A stretch of DNA of 64,000 nucleotides from Histomonas meleagridis 2922-C6/04-290x (GCA_020184695.1 JAANOX010000243.1:620001-684000); one strand, 5' to 3'; shown: positions 12,687 through 24,931, counted from the stretch's first letter. The notes: generated from the letters alone by a model not told the origin. Numbers and translations: made by a program.

Positions 12687-14057
12687 TTAACATGTATGCT
12701 TCATTGAAACCAAATCTAACAAATACATAGCCCTTTTGCTTGTATCGAAGTTATACGTATTTACAATTTCTCTTAATTGTTCTATTATTGCTTCATCGAA
12801 ATCTCTTTGATACCAATTTTCGTTTTTATTTTGTTCTTTAGTCACCAAATACTCCAAAACATACAACACGGAACTTATTAATTCCTCATCATCACAATAT
12901 AACAACTCAACGACAGCGAAAAGAAGGTCATTTTCCTTAAAAGCAATCAATAACTTTTCATAAGCAGAAACTTTGACAATAACTTTCGAAAGGAAATCAA
13001 TTGATTTCTTTTTTAATTTTAAAGCGCCGCCTTTAATTATTCGAATTATATGATCCAGTAAATTCGAATTTAAAATGCATTCCGTCGATTCTGGAGGTGA
13101 AACAACCATATTCGAAAGTAATTCAAGAACTTGTGACTTATAATTTAAATCACCGTATTGGAAAATTAATGAAAATATCTCCAAAAATCCATTGTTAATA
13201 AGACTCATTGTGTTGTCATCACTAAGATAAATATAATTAATCAAATAATTAAAAATAGGTATCAAATTATCAACAGAATGATCTTTAAGAAGTGAATACG
13301 TCTTCGAAACAATGTTAGTGTTGGTGCAAAATTGGATAATTTCATTGATTTGAGAGTCATCAGTTGAAATTATACGAGAAAGTATGGAATATGAAAGTGA
13401 TACAAGGTTTGGTATATTCGATTCGATATATCTGACTGCTATTTGAGAGATTTGTGTGAAATATTCATATTGAATAAAATATGGACATAAAACAATGCTT
13501 TCAATGGACGTAAGAATCCAAAGGGAATCAATTGGAGGAGTTGATTCATCTCCAATTTTCTGGATAAGAAAGTCTAAATATTGTGTATCCATTATAAAAT
13601 TAAAATAATCTTCATTGTCGCAAAGAATAGTGTTAAGAATATATGAAACACGATCAACTGGAAGCCCTGATCTATCAGGATTTTTAATTGCTTGAAAACA
13701 ATTCATATAAATTTTAAGTTGGAAAAAATAACGAATCGTCCAAGGAGACCTAATGCATAACGATTCAATAAGTTCAAGACCTTCAATATGTATTTGATCT
13801 GACCCATGATTTCCAAAAGCAAAAAAAATTAACATTTCAAAAAATTCTGGAGGAAAATAATCATCTGTAAAACCAAACTCGTTTGATATAAGTTTTAATT
13901 TTTGTAAGGCTATAAATTGTTTATCTGGTTGAGGAAGTTTTAAATCATTAATTGCTTGTAAAAAAAGTTGACCATACTCTTTAAATATTGGATCTCCTTT
14001 GCCTGGCTGTGCCATGTCTGACAATATTTCGTGCTGTCTTTCTTGAGCTAGCTTCAT
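12687..14057 (-). CDS. ARM/HEAT-repeat protein (importin-alpha-like fold), function unknown
   Basis: 456-aa ORF with periodic helical hydrophobic repeats (e.g. VLELLSNMV, VLYVLEYL). Confidence 0.6.
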   Translation of the reverse strand: MKLAQERQHEILSDMAQPGKGDPIFKEYGQLFLQAINDLKLPQPDKQFIALQKLKLISNEFGFTDDYFPPEFFEMLIFFAFGNHGSDQIHIEGLELIESLCIRSPWTIRYFFQLKIYMNCFQAIKNPDRSGLPVDRVSYILNTILCDNEDYFNFIMDTQYLDFLIQKIGDESTPPIDSLWILTSIESIVLCPYFIQYEYFTQISQIAVRYIESNIPNLVSLSYSILSRIISTDDSQINEIIQFCTNTNIVSKTYSLLKDHSVDNLIPIFNYLINYIYLSDDNTMSLINNGFLEIFSLIFQYGDLNYKSQVLELLSNMVVSPPESTECILNSNLLDHIIRIIKGGALKLKKKSIDFLSKVIVKVSAYEKLLIAFKENDLLFAVVELLYCDDEELISSVLYVLEYLVTKEQNKNENWYQRDFDEAIIEQLREIVNTYNFDTSKRAMYLLDLVSMKHTC

Positions 14058-14123
14058 AAGTTAACTTATGACTGAGCATTCTTTGGGGTGCCCCAAAAAC
14101 GTTATTTTCGGATGTGATAAAAA

Positions 14124-15125
14124 ATGGATAAAACATTCTTAACTCGCCCACAGAAACAAAAATATGAATTAAGAAATCTCGAACGTTATGGAACAACTGG
14201 TTATGGAAATGTTGGTTATCCAGAATTGTCTCCACATCTCATTGAAAAACAAAAAGAGATGGAAATTGTTGATCAACAACTTGAAGAAGCACGCAATAAA
14301 TATGAAGCTTGGAAAAAAAACTTTGAAGTTCGAAAGAAAGAAGTAGAAGATAAACAACATGCACTTGATGAACAAAAGAAACGTCTTGATGCGTTTACAG
14401 CACAACAAATGTCATCACTAGAAAAGACAAGAAAACGTAGAGCTGAAGAAGCGGAACGCTTAAAATCTATTGAAATAGAATTACAACAACTCATGGAAGA
14501 AGAAAAACAGTTAAAACAAAAAAACGAAAAACTACAAAACAAAATCGAAAAATTACGTCCATATTCTAATTATTTACAATCTGTTGTAGATGCGTATCCA
14601 TCTTTTGAAAACATTGATGCCATCTTAAATCGGTATCAATCTTTAGCAGATACGAGAAATGAATATCTTCAAAAGTATCAAAATATGATGGAAAGGTATG
14701 GAATTGATGAAACAAATCTTTCACGTGAACTTGAATTGAAGAAATCTAAACTAATTGATACCACAATGAAATTTAATGAAAATGTTGCAAAAGTTGCGCA
14801 AGCTAAAAAAGCAAACGAGTACGTAAAAGCAACGTTGATAAAAGATATACAAAGAATTGAGGATAAAAAGGCTGAATTGGCAGCAATAAAGGCTTCAATT
14901 AGAGCAATATACAGTAGGGCTGTATCTACATTATCAACAATTTCTGATAAAGCGCAAAAAGCAAAAGGAAGTATAAATGATGAACAAATGTTAGAATACA
15001 TTGAAAATAGGTTTAATGACTTAAAGGGAATAATTGAAGATAAAAATGCTTTGTTTATCCCCAGCGCACCACCCGAATTAATACAAAGAGTCGTCCAAAA
15101 TCCTGTTTCATCAGCCAAAAGATGA
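14124..15125 (+). CDS. Coiled-coil protein, DUF4200 family (CCDC42/CFAP73-like)
   Basis: Long heptad coiled coil; YLQSVVDAYPSFENIDAILNRYQSL matches the recalled family motif. Confidence 0.65.
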   Translation: MDKTFLTRPQKQKYELRNLERYGTTGYGNVGYPELSPHLIEKQKEMEIVDQQLEEARNKYEAWKKNFEVRKKEVEDKQHALDEQKKRLDAFTAQQMSSLEKTRKRRAEEAERLKSIEIELQQLMEEEKQLKQKNEKLQNKIEKLRPYSNYLQSVVDAYPSFENIDAILNRYQSLADTRNEYLQKYQNMMERYGIDETNLSRELELKKSKLIDTTMKFNENVAKVAQAKKANEYVKATLIKDIQRIEDKKAELAAIKASIRAIYSRAVSTLSTISDKAQKAKGSINDEQMLEYIENRFNDLKGIIEDKNALFIPSAPPELIQRVVQNPVSSAKR

Positions 15126-15186
15126 TCATTCAAAAAGTTGTATGTATAAATAATTTCATATCACATTTCTCTAATAAATTTTCAAC

Positions 15187-15642
15187 ATGGCGGAAACCAT
15201 TTATGAAATTGACCCTGGACCATCGATATTTAAACGAGTTTTAAATCAGCTACTACATACCCACTACTCAGATACACCAATTCTTGGATTAATATTTCTC
15301 ATCATATTTATTTATTATGCATTTTTTAAATTCAGACATAGCTTAATGGTTCTTACCATTCTCTTTCTAGTTTCCACTGTAATGATATCAAGAGTTCCTT
15401 ACATTAATTCTTATCTCTCAGAGAATTGGATTTCCTTTAAGTTCACAAAAAATTATTTTGATCAAGATGGAATTTTCCTTTTCACATTTATTATTATCCC
15501 CTTCGCCACTCTGTCAATCCTTATCATTATCAATCTCTTTATTGAGATTTGCTTGTCAACATTCCTCAGCAGCCACGATACCAAAAGTGACATCACAGAA
15601 CCTTCACCTGCCTTTGAAAAAGTGGTCAAGGACACACAATGA
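15187..15642 (+). CDS. TMEM18: TMEM18-like membrane protein
   Basis: Three hydrophobic segments; YINSYLSENW...NYFDQDGIF resembles TMEM18 EYINEWAARNW...QYFDSRGMF. Confidence 0.7.
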   Translation: MAETIYEIDPGPSIFKRVLNQLLHTHYSDTPILGLIFLIIFIYYAFFKFRHSLMVLTILFLVSTVMISRVPYINSYLSENWISFKFTKNYFDQDGIFLFTFIIIPFATLSILIIINLFIEICLSTFLSSHDTKSDITEPSPAFEKVVKDTQ

Positions 15643-16200
15643 AATGACATATCATGTAAAAAACTTGTTTTTATTTTTTATTTTTTTTTTTTTTTAATTT
15701 TTTTATAACTAGAAAATACGAGGAATCACACATGATTTACATGTCCTTTAAATATTTGTGCTTAAAAATTTTATTTGAATATTTAAATATTTAATGAATT
15801 CTTTAAATACATATTAAAATTATGTTTTTTAAATGTAATGTTATAACACTTTGCTTTCTTTTGTTTTTGATATAGAGTTTTGCTTTCAATAAAATATTCA
15901 AAAAAGAAATGCATTTCTCGCATATATCGTTTTTGCTAAAAAGAGAAGCAATTAAAAATGATTAATATCCCGAAATCAGTAACGCTAATTATATGCTTTT
16001 TATTTCGTTCTTTTGGTATTGAAAAATGCTATTTGTTGATATGCAAAATTTAAAACTTAAAAAAGGTAACTTTGCTACAGCACTTACAGAAACAAAATAT
16101 GGCTGTTTTTAAATCATTTTGTTTCCCTTTTCATATGAACACAGGAAGGATTCCTGTGTTCCTCCACTTTCGATTCAAAACGAACTTTCTTTAGCGAATT

Positions 16201-16757
16201 TTACTTGATTGATTGGACAAGCCATTTGAGGCCATCACTTAGGCCTTCTCCAGTGATGGCTGAACATCCTTGAATTTGCCATGGGTGATCGCGAATCTTA
16301 TGTAGCTCGAGTGAAATTGTGATTTCGTCTGCTGGCAGTGCTGTAGTAAGATCTTGCTTGTTTGCAAAAATAAGAACTGGAATGTTAGCGAGCTTCTCAT
16401 CTTTGAGTAATGTGGCTAATTCTAATGAAGTTTCCTCTAAGCGTGGTTCGTCTGCACAATCTACAACCCAAACAAGTGCATCTGTGTTTTCATAATAGTT
16501 ATCCCAATATTGGCGAATAGCTTTTTGACCACCGATATCCCAAACGTTAAATTTGAATGAGTCGGCCTGAACTGTTTTGACATTAAATCCACGTGTTGGA
16601 GATGTTTCAGTGGGATCTTCATTACAAAGATTTTTTAAGATTGTGGTTTTTCCTGCATTGTCAAGACCAAGAAGACTGAAGTTAGAAAAAAAATATACAG
16701 TATTCTACACTCGTGGTCAGAACGACGCATTTGTTGCAAAAGGCGAAGGAGGCCCAT
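16201..16757 (-). CDS. ARL3: ARF-like small GTPase ARL3 (two exons: 16757-16699 and 16675-16201; 177 aa); missed by the ORF track
   Basis: Spliced sequence [31 protein letters not shown]...[13 protein letters not shown]...FANKQD...CSAITGEGL. Total 534 nt is in frame, ending TAA at 16203-16201. Confidence 0.85.
16676..16698 (-). other. 23-nt spliceosomal intron (short parabasalid type)
   Basis: GTATATTTTTTTTCTAACTTCAG: GT...AG with TCTAAC branch motif; removal restores [13 protein letters not shown]. Confidence 0.9.
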
Positions 16758-17247
16758 CCAAAAATTGATATCTAACAAACATTGTTAAAAAAGTCCGTTA
16801 ATTGTTAAACGGTTTTGATTTGGGAAAATTTTGGAAAAAAATTTCACTTTCCATTCTAATATTAGAATCTATCGTTCAGTTTCAACAGGGAATGCGTTTT
16901 GGTTTGTTTGAGTTCAACTGGTAAATCTTGTATTGACAATACAGATTATTAAAGGATCGGTGCATAATTATTGAGCAACATAAGATAACTTTCTGTCCTA
17001 TCTCATTAAAATTAAAATTACTTTTGCTATTCACGTGTATTTCAAATCACCACCATATCAATACTTGAAATGGATCACAAAAAGATAAAAATATTTAATA
17101 GCTGATTACATCATCAACATTATACCAAACAAAGAATAAGTCAATGACACACAAGAATCACGAGACAAAAACCCAAAGCAATCATCTGAGGATTTATCGG
17201 ATTTATTGAAAAAGTGATACCAAAATCAGATGTCAAATAACTTGACT

Positions 17248-17252
17248 TCACT
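17248..17252 (+). promoter_or_regulatory. Initiator (Inr)-like element TCACT
   Basis: TCACT 5 nt before the serpin ATG; matches the trichomonad Inr consensus TCAYW. Confidence 0.5.
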
Positions 17253-17257
17253 TTTTC

Positions 17258-18355
17258 ATGCGAAGCACAGCAAAACCAATTATCCTCCAGGATCCAATCC
17301 AATCTCTTGGGCTTTTTATGATTGCAGATTTGAGTGACGAATCTGGTAATGTTGTTCTTTCTCCATATTCAGCATTTGTTACTCTTTTAATGGCAGTTTC
17401 CATCACTCAAGAGCCAACACGTAAACAAGCTCTTGAAGCACTTAAGATTAGATCCAACTCTACTGTTGAAGAGCTTCTTACATCTCTTAAAAATCTCATG
17501 GGAATTATTGAAAAAGAAGGAAAGGACAGTGTTATTAAATCAGGAAACAATGTCTGGCCAAACAAAGAAGCTCCCATTGATCTTCAAATTTATAATCCAC
17601 TTGTTCAAATTCTTGGTGTTGATTTTACACCAGTTTCATTCCCACAACCTGGTTGTGACATCATCAATCAAAAGATTGAAGAGCTCACGTCAGGTCTTAT
17701 TCAAAATCTTCTCGATCCTTCAATGCTCCCATCAAAAATCAACTCTGTTCTTACCAATGCCATCTATTTCAACTCCAAATGGAAGAAGCCATTCATTAAA
17801 TCGAAAACCAAAAAAGGTGATTTCATACTTTTTGACAATTCCAAACAATCCACATCGATGATGACGAACACAGACAATTATTTCTATACAGAAGACTCTG
17901 CAGCCCAAGTTCTCTCCATGGAATATGTCAATGACTTCTCGATGGTTGTTGTTCTTCCGAAGAAAAAAGATTTGGAGTCTTTCCGATCAGTTAAAAGTTC
18001 ACTTAACAAAGGCAAATACCAAATATACATTGATATGTTAGGACCGCAAAAGGTTAATGTTCAATTCCCTAAGTTTAAGCACATATGGGGCACAAAGTCA
18101 TTACTCGAAATGCTTCGTAAGTTGGGAATTGTTAATCTCTTCGATGAAAGCGCTGATCCAAACGCAGTTTCGGACATTGTACAAAAGGCAGTAATCGAAG
18201 TTGACGAAGAGAAAACAGTCGCTGCTGCCGCCACCGCCGCAATGACGAGAAGTCTCCCGGCGCAGTTCGTTGCTGATCATCCATTCCTTTATTTCATCAC
18301 ACATAAAAACGGAACAATTTTATTTGCTGGCTCTTACATAAAGCCAGAAAATTGA
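17258..18355 (+). CDS. Serpin (serine protease inhibitor)
   Basis: NVVLSPYS, VLTNAIYFNSKW, hinge EEKTVAAAATA, FVADHPFLYFI. Confidence 0.93.
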   Translation: MRSTAKPIILQDPIQSLGLFMIADLSDESGNVVLSPYSAFVTLLMAVSITQEPTRKQALEALKIRSNSTVEELLTSLKNLMGIIEKEGKDSVIKSGNNVWPNKEAPIDLQIYNPLVQILGVDFTPVSFPQPGCDIINQKIEELTSGLIQNLLDPSMLPSKINSVLTNAIYFNSKWKKPFIKSKTKKGDFILFDNSKQSTSMMTNTDNYFYTEDSAAQVLSMEYVNDFSMVVVLPKKKDLESFRSVKSSLNKGKYQIYIDMLGPQKVNVQFPKFKHIWGTKSLLEMLRKLGIVNLFDESADPNAVSDIVQKAVIEVDEEKTVAAAATAAMTRSLPAQFVADHPFLYFITHKNGTILFAGSYIKPEN

Positions 18356-18732
18356 TAAATAAACAAAAGAATTTTCTCAGACTTCTGTAATTTTGTCTGT
18401 TGGTAGCTATAAAAAATAAAGTTATTGTCGGATGACGAATACGCATTGGGTACATGTTATGTGATGGAAATATGATCAATGATTAATATAATGAATACAA
18501 ATGTATAACTAAAAATAAATGTTTTATCACGTTGTTTTTTGATGCTGATAACAAAATAATGTTTTTTGTTTGGAAATTGTATAAATACATGAGAAATGTT
18601 CATATATAAAAACCATCATAATACATAAAAAAACAATTTTTTATATGTTAAAGTAACAAACCCTTGTTTGAATCGAAAATTTAATTTGAAATAAATCTCA
18701 TCAACAAAAAAATTTCCCTTAAAAGTTTAAAT

Positions 18733-19080
<348 letters not shown>

Positions 19081-19782
19081 TTATTAAATGTCGTTTCGAT
19101 TCCATAATTATTCAATATCTACAAAACAAAAAATGCGGTTTCTTTTTGACTCAAAAAATTCAATTGAAAACTGTTTTTACAAACTTTTGTTCAAAGCATG
19201 TTTTTTCTTTTCCTGCTAGCAGCTAGCAAGCTCTTGCAGAATAAAAAAATTTTTTCTCATTTTTTGAACAATCGGGTCTTGGTCAGGATGCGGTCATTTA
19301 TAGATTTCAAAATCTCTTTTGTTTCGTCGAGAAAGAATTGGTTTATGCACTTTACAAATCGAAACGCAAGATTTGTATTTAAGCATCTTAATGACCAAAA
19401 TTCACAATTTTCCAACAAGCAATCTTAGAAAGCAATCTTGATCAAGATTTTAGATGCATTTACCCGTATCGTCATTGAAATCATTGTTTATGAACAAATG
19501 ACATGGGATGCTGAGACTATGGTGTGGGGGCCGGACGGTTTAAGAGCCAGACGAATATTATCTAAAAATGAATCATTTCCAATGAGAAGCATTGTTTTCA
19601 TCGGCATAAACAGAAAAAATTGAGAAGTTCTCAAAATTTGTGGTAATATTGGTTGAATTCCTCTGAATTTTTTTGAAAAGGCAAAAAGTGTCATTTCCGT
19701 AAACTAATTCAATTTTGAATTTTTCTTGAATTATGTGCTTTTTGTATGCACAACCGTCTGGCTGGGCGACATTTGAATTCAA

Positions 19783-22700
19783 ATGTTTCTCTGGTTCTTT
19801 GCAATTTTTTTAGTTTATACCCAACAGATATTCATTGAAGGTAATGATACATTGATAATTCTCAATGAAGCTGATTTCACCGATGGATACAAAAATATGG
19901 CTAAGCATATTTTGATTTATGGTGAAATTCAAAATATACCAAAATATGCATTCAGCGCATGGCCAAATATTATTTCAGTCAGTATGGGTAATTCAGTCCG
20001 TTTGATTGAATTATATGCTTTTTCACAATGTAATAAATTAGAGAACATAAACTTTGGCGAAAACTTGATAACTATTGGTCCAGACGCATTTTATGGTTGT
20101 ACTTCTTTAACGTATGTCAACCTTCCGAATTCGGTTACAACAATTGGTATTTTTGCATTTTCATATTGTATATCATTAGAGAAGATTATTTTTGGTGAAA
20201 ACATAAAAAACATTAGCAGCTATGCATTTCTTTCCTGTTACATGCTTCAAAGTATTAAAATTCCACCTTTACTTTCAATCATTAATGAATATACATTCCA
20301 AGAATGCACGAACTTATCGACAGTTATATTCAATGCCAACCTAAAAGTCATTGAATTCCAAGCATTTTATAAATGTTATTCGTTACGAAACATTACAATA
20401 CCAAATTCAGTTACTACGTTAGGATACAATGTATTTTTAGGATGTTCTAATTTAAAAACTGTAATTTTAAGCGAAAGTTTAACATGTATTAATTCTATGG
20501 TGTTTGGTGAATGTATTTTATTACGAAACATTACTATTCCAAATTCAGTTACCAAACTTGGTAATAATGTTTTTAACCTCTGTACAAATTTGGAAGCGAT
20601 TTATGGCGGCGAAAACATCGAAATCATTGAATATCGTGCATTTCATTCTTGTTCCAAATTAAAAATTTTTCATTTTAATAAATTAACCACAATTAACGAA
20701 AATGCATTTGAATCATGTTTAAGTATCGAAACGATTTCTTTTCCATCGGTAACTTATATTGGCAACGAATGTTTTTTACATTGTCCAAATCTCAAAAATG
20801 TTTCGTGCCCTAAAATCGAAAAATGTTCGAGTGGATGTTTTTCGGAATGTACACATTTAGTACATGTTGATATGCCTAATGTTAAATATATTGGCAATTA
20901 TTCGTTTTCTTATTGCTCTATCGTAAGCATTGATTTCCCAAATGTTGAATTAATTAACGAAACAGCATTTTATTGTTGTTTACAACTTATTTCAGTTCGA
21001 TTCGAAAATGTTAAAACTATTTGTGATAAAGCATTTGAGAAATGTCTTTATTTAACGAATTGTTATTTCCCAAATCTTATTGAAGCAGGCGATTATTTAT
21101 TTAAAGAATGCAAATCTTTAACTACTTTTGAAGCACCTAAACTTATAAAATGTGGCCAAAAATTGTTTCAAGGACAAAACAATATCGAAAATTTCTATCT
21201 TTCAAGTCTCGAAGCAGCGCCTGATTATTTATTTTCGAACGCGCAAAGGATAAATAAAATTGATTTACCAAATTGTAAAACGTTTGGGAAATCATGTTTC
21301 GTGAACACAAGTTTACTGAATGTTGATAACAATCAATTTAATGTGATATCTATTGATGATTATTGTTTCCATAATTGTGTATTCCTTTCTAATGTTAAGT
21401 TTCCATATTTGGAACATATTGGTAATTATTCATTTTGTAATTCCAATATAAAATTTTTTGATTTTCCTTCTTTAAAAATTTGTGGAGATTGTGCTTTTAA
21501 AAATTGTAAAATTTTAGGTTTCGATTTTAATTTGTCAAATTTGGAATTTCTTGGTAATGACGTTTTTAATGATATAACAATTGTGAAATTCACTGCGCCA
21601 AAGTTACGGGAAATTGGCAATCGATTTTTTGTTGATCAACAAAAATTAAATAACATTTATATTCCAAATGTAGAAAAACTTGGAGATGAATGTTTTATGA
21701 ATTCTAGTATCGAAAATATTAATTTTGATAAATTAATAACAATTGGAGAAAAATGTTTTTATAATTGTCGTCATGTAAAATGTTTTAATAATTCAAATAT
21801 TAAAGAAATTGGTAATTCTGCATTTGAGTTATGTAAAAATCTTGAAACAATTACATTGTTAAATATAAATGAAATAAAATCATTTGTATTTAGTAATTGT
21901 AATAAATTAATACATTTAAATATTCCGAAATTACAAATTGTTGGTGAATTTGCATTTTATAAATGTCAATCACTAAAAGAAATTAATTTTCCAAATGTTG
22001 TGCAAATTAATAATTCGGTATTTGAGGATTGTAATAATATATCAACAATTAATTTACCAAACATTGTAAACATTAAACAAAATTTATTTAAGAATTGTCA
22101 GTCATTAATAAACATTACATTAAATAATATAAATGAAATCGGAAATTCAGCATTTGAAAATTGTAACAAACTTCAAAGCATTAATTTAACTAAAGTAACA
22201 CATATTCCATCGAAATGTTTTTATAATTGTCATAATTTAATAAATATTTCATTGGAAAACATTGAAGAAATTGGAACATTTGCATTTTGTAATTGTTTTT
22301 CTATTACAAAAATTGAAATGAACAAATTGAATACTTTACAAAGTAATGTATTTGAAAATTGTAAATCATTGAAAACTGCGAAATTTGGAATTTTACATGA
22401 AATTAAAGGTGATTATTGTTTTAGAAATTGTATATCACTTGAATTGATTCATATGCCTTCATTAATATCAATTCCATTAAATCTTAGAAATGTATTTGAA
22501 AATTGTTCTTCACTTTCTGTTGTTTCATTTCCTGATGAACCACCGAATATGAATTCGAATATATTTAGTAACACAAATCGAAATATTATTCAAGAAGAAG
22601 GACATTTAGTTTATGACATTAAATTATGTTTACCATTTAAAAAGAATTATCCGAATTATGACGTGAACAAGACGAAAGTTTGGAATAATATTTTGGCGAT

Positions 22701-22925
22701 TGAACCTGATAACTATTTCGATGTTTGCATATATGCAAAAGATACGGAAAGTAACCAAACAGGCTTCATTGTCGCTATTGTTGTTTCTTCTGTTGTTTTT
22801 TCGTTTTGATTATTGTGATTGTCTCAGTATTGTATTATATGAAGAATAAAAAGAATCAGAGACTGAGAGCCGAAATCGATGAACATATTTTGTTGTCTTC
22901 GGCTGTTGTAACAGATTTTGGCTAA
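19783..22925 (+). CDS. BspA-like (TpLRR) leucine-rich-repeat surface protein; TM helix and tail split by a frameshift at T6 22796-22801
   Basis: Signal peptide and about 38 xxIxxxAFxxCxxLxxIxIP repeats. ORF stops inside the TM at 22809; another frame continues FVLIIVIVSVLYYMKNKKNQRLRAEIDEHILLSSAVVTDFG* to 22925. Confidence 0.9.
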
Positions 22926-23101
22926 ATACATGTGTTGAATAAATGTTATCTATCAAAGTGTTTATTTTTATTTTTGACTAATTCTTCTGACTTAAAACAT
23001 TATCATGAAAATTGGTGATAATTATTTCTGTTTTCAGAAATAGAAATTTTTGTTTCGGAAAAATAACTATGCTGAAGCTGATGGGGATATAAAATATTTA
23101 T

Positions 23102-23142
23102 AAACGATTTCTTTTCCATCTGTAACTTATATTGGCAATGAA
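23102..23142 (+). repeat. 41-nt near-identical copy of BspA coding segment 20729-20769, within a degraded BspA-like relic
   Basis: AAACGATTTCTTTTCCATC(T/G)GTAACTTATATTGGCAA(T/C)GAA; 2 mismatches. Confidence 0.8.
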
Positions 23143-23246
23143 AACATCATGTGAATCAGCTTAGTATAATAAACATACTTGACAATCAAGAAAAATATTT
23201 TATGATAATATTAATTTATACATCAAGATCAATACTAACATTATTA

Positions 23247-23735
23247 TTATTTATTACACAAGAAACATTTATTACCCTTTAACACTGCTCTCCCACATCC
23301 TTCACATTTAGTAAGAAGGTTTTGATTTTGATCATTGAAAATATGATCAAGGCAATAATCATATTCACGATAACAATAATTATGGCAATTAGGGATGCTA
23401 CACAACTTAGAACCACCAGGTGTATATTTTGCTATTTCCCTCCTAGTTTTTTGTTGTTGTTCTATAAAAGAAACAATTTCGTCCGAACTTTGAAGTTGGG
23501 AAATGCGTTCCATTAATTCATGTGTTTTTTGTTTCACTAGCTTTTCCATTTGTTCTTTTTCCATTTGTCTAGTGTAATGAGTTCTTTGTTTCATCATGAG
23601 TTCTGCAGTATCCCATTCGTCACTACCTTCATTTGTTGGATGATATATTGGATTTTCTGTAAATTTTTGAAGCTTGTTTTCTTCAAATTCTGGTATGGCT
23701 TCTTCGAAGTTTTGAGGTGGACTAGGCACCCACAT
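23247..23735 (-). CDS. Small protein with C-terminal C3H/C4-type zinc finger (zf-C3Hc3H, KANSL2/INO80D-like)
   Basis: CSIPNCHNYCYREYDYCLDHIFNDQNQNLLTKCEGC...CFLC. Confidence 0.6.
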   Translation of the reverse strand: MWVPSPPQNFEEAIPEFEENKLQKFTENPIYHPTNEGSDEWDTAELMMKQRTHYTRQMEKEQMEKLVKQKTHELMERISQLQSSDEIVSFIEQQQKTRREIAKYTPGGSKLCSIPNCHNYCYREYDYCLDHIFNDQNQNLLTKCEGCGRAVLKGNKCFLCNK

Positions 23736-24029
23736 TTGGAAATGTCAAAAATTTGAATGAAAAATATTATGTCAGTAAAAATTATATATGAAAATGGATA
23801 CTTCTAAAATACATTTTTGTTTTGAATTATACACACAGTATATATAACTATAGAATTATATGGAATTTTTATGTTTAATAATTTTATCCATAAGTTTTAT
23901 CATAAGCAAATCATATATGATAATTTGATATGTTGATTTTAAGACAGCAAAATATATTTAAAAATTGTATAAAGTTTTTAGGTTAATCTTATTTATTTCT
24001 TTATGCCTACAAATGAATAGAATATATAC

Positions 24030-24640
24030 ATAATTATGGAAATTTATTTTATTGTGCATTTTATTCAAAGAAAAATGAGGATGATATTTATGTTGATTAT
24101 CTAGAAACTATTCAAACAAAAGAAGAACTCAATCAAGATAATCCTAATATTATGAAAATGTTCAAAGATTATATAATTAAAATTAATTTACAAGAATCAT
24201 GTTATTTAATTGAATAAAGGATCGAACGAAATAAAATTGATAAAAATATTACCCAAAAACATTAAATCAAAAAATTTTTTGCACAATAAAACAGAAGAAG
24301 GATACCGCGAGGAAATATAGAAATTATTCATTTATGTGAACAAAACAATGTAACATTTGAATGTGCATATGGAATAGCAATTAAATTTCATCAAAATAAT
24401 ATTTTTAAATATATTATGAAAATAAAACAGAAAAATTGCATGGATTTGAAGATAATATTATTAGACGTTTTGTTGCTTTCTCATCTGATATAGTACAAAA
24501 AGACAATAAAAATTTCATCGGAAGAATATGAATTACAAAAACGTTTCTTGTATCATGTAATCATTAATGATAACGGTTAAAGACGTTAAATAACTACACC
24601 CCTTATCCTGAAGCAATCAAACACCTTTGTAAAATTTTAT
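24030..24640 (+). pseudogene. Degraded DUF3447/ankyrin gene
   Basis: From 24311 reads GNIEIIHLCEQNNVTFECAYGIAIKFHQNNIFKY, matching GSTEIIHLCEQNHSSFEGAFETAIQFHRNDIFKY in the intact gene at 59951-61096; surrounded by stops and frameshifts. Confidence 0.7.
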
Positions 24641-24931
24641 TTTCGTTTAATTAATTTTTTTATGAATCTTCAAATGATATTTTTAAAAGATCTCGAATGT
24701 AAAATTTAAAAATTAGATGAAATACCTTATTGAATATCGCTTGTAGAGTACTCTTGGGAGGGAATTCATTTAATCATTTATTTTATCTATTTTATTCTTA
24801 AGCATGTGCATTATAAAATACATTAAGGCTAGCTAATTAAATGTGTTATCGATTTGTTACATGTTATACTTAGTATTTTACAATATAAAACGATTTTTAT
24901 CTAAAGCATACACATACCAGTATAGATTAAT

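Noticed and set aside
15850-16060. Possible BspA LRR relic (INIPKSVTLI, NAF fragments)
   Set aside because: Only about 10 recognisable residues amid stops; too weak to call.
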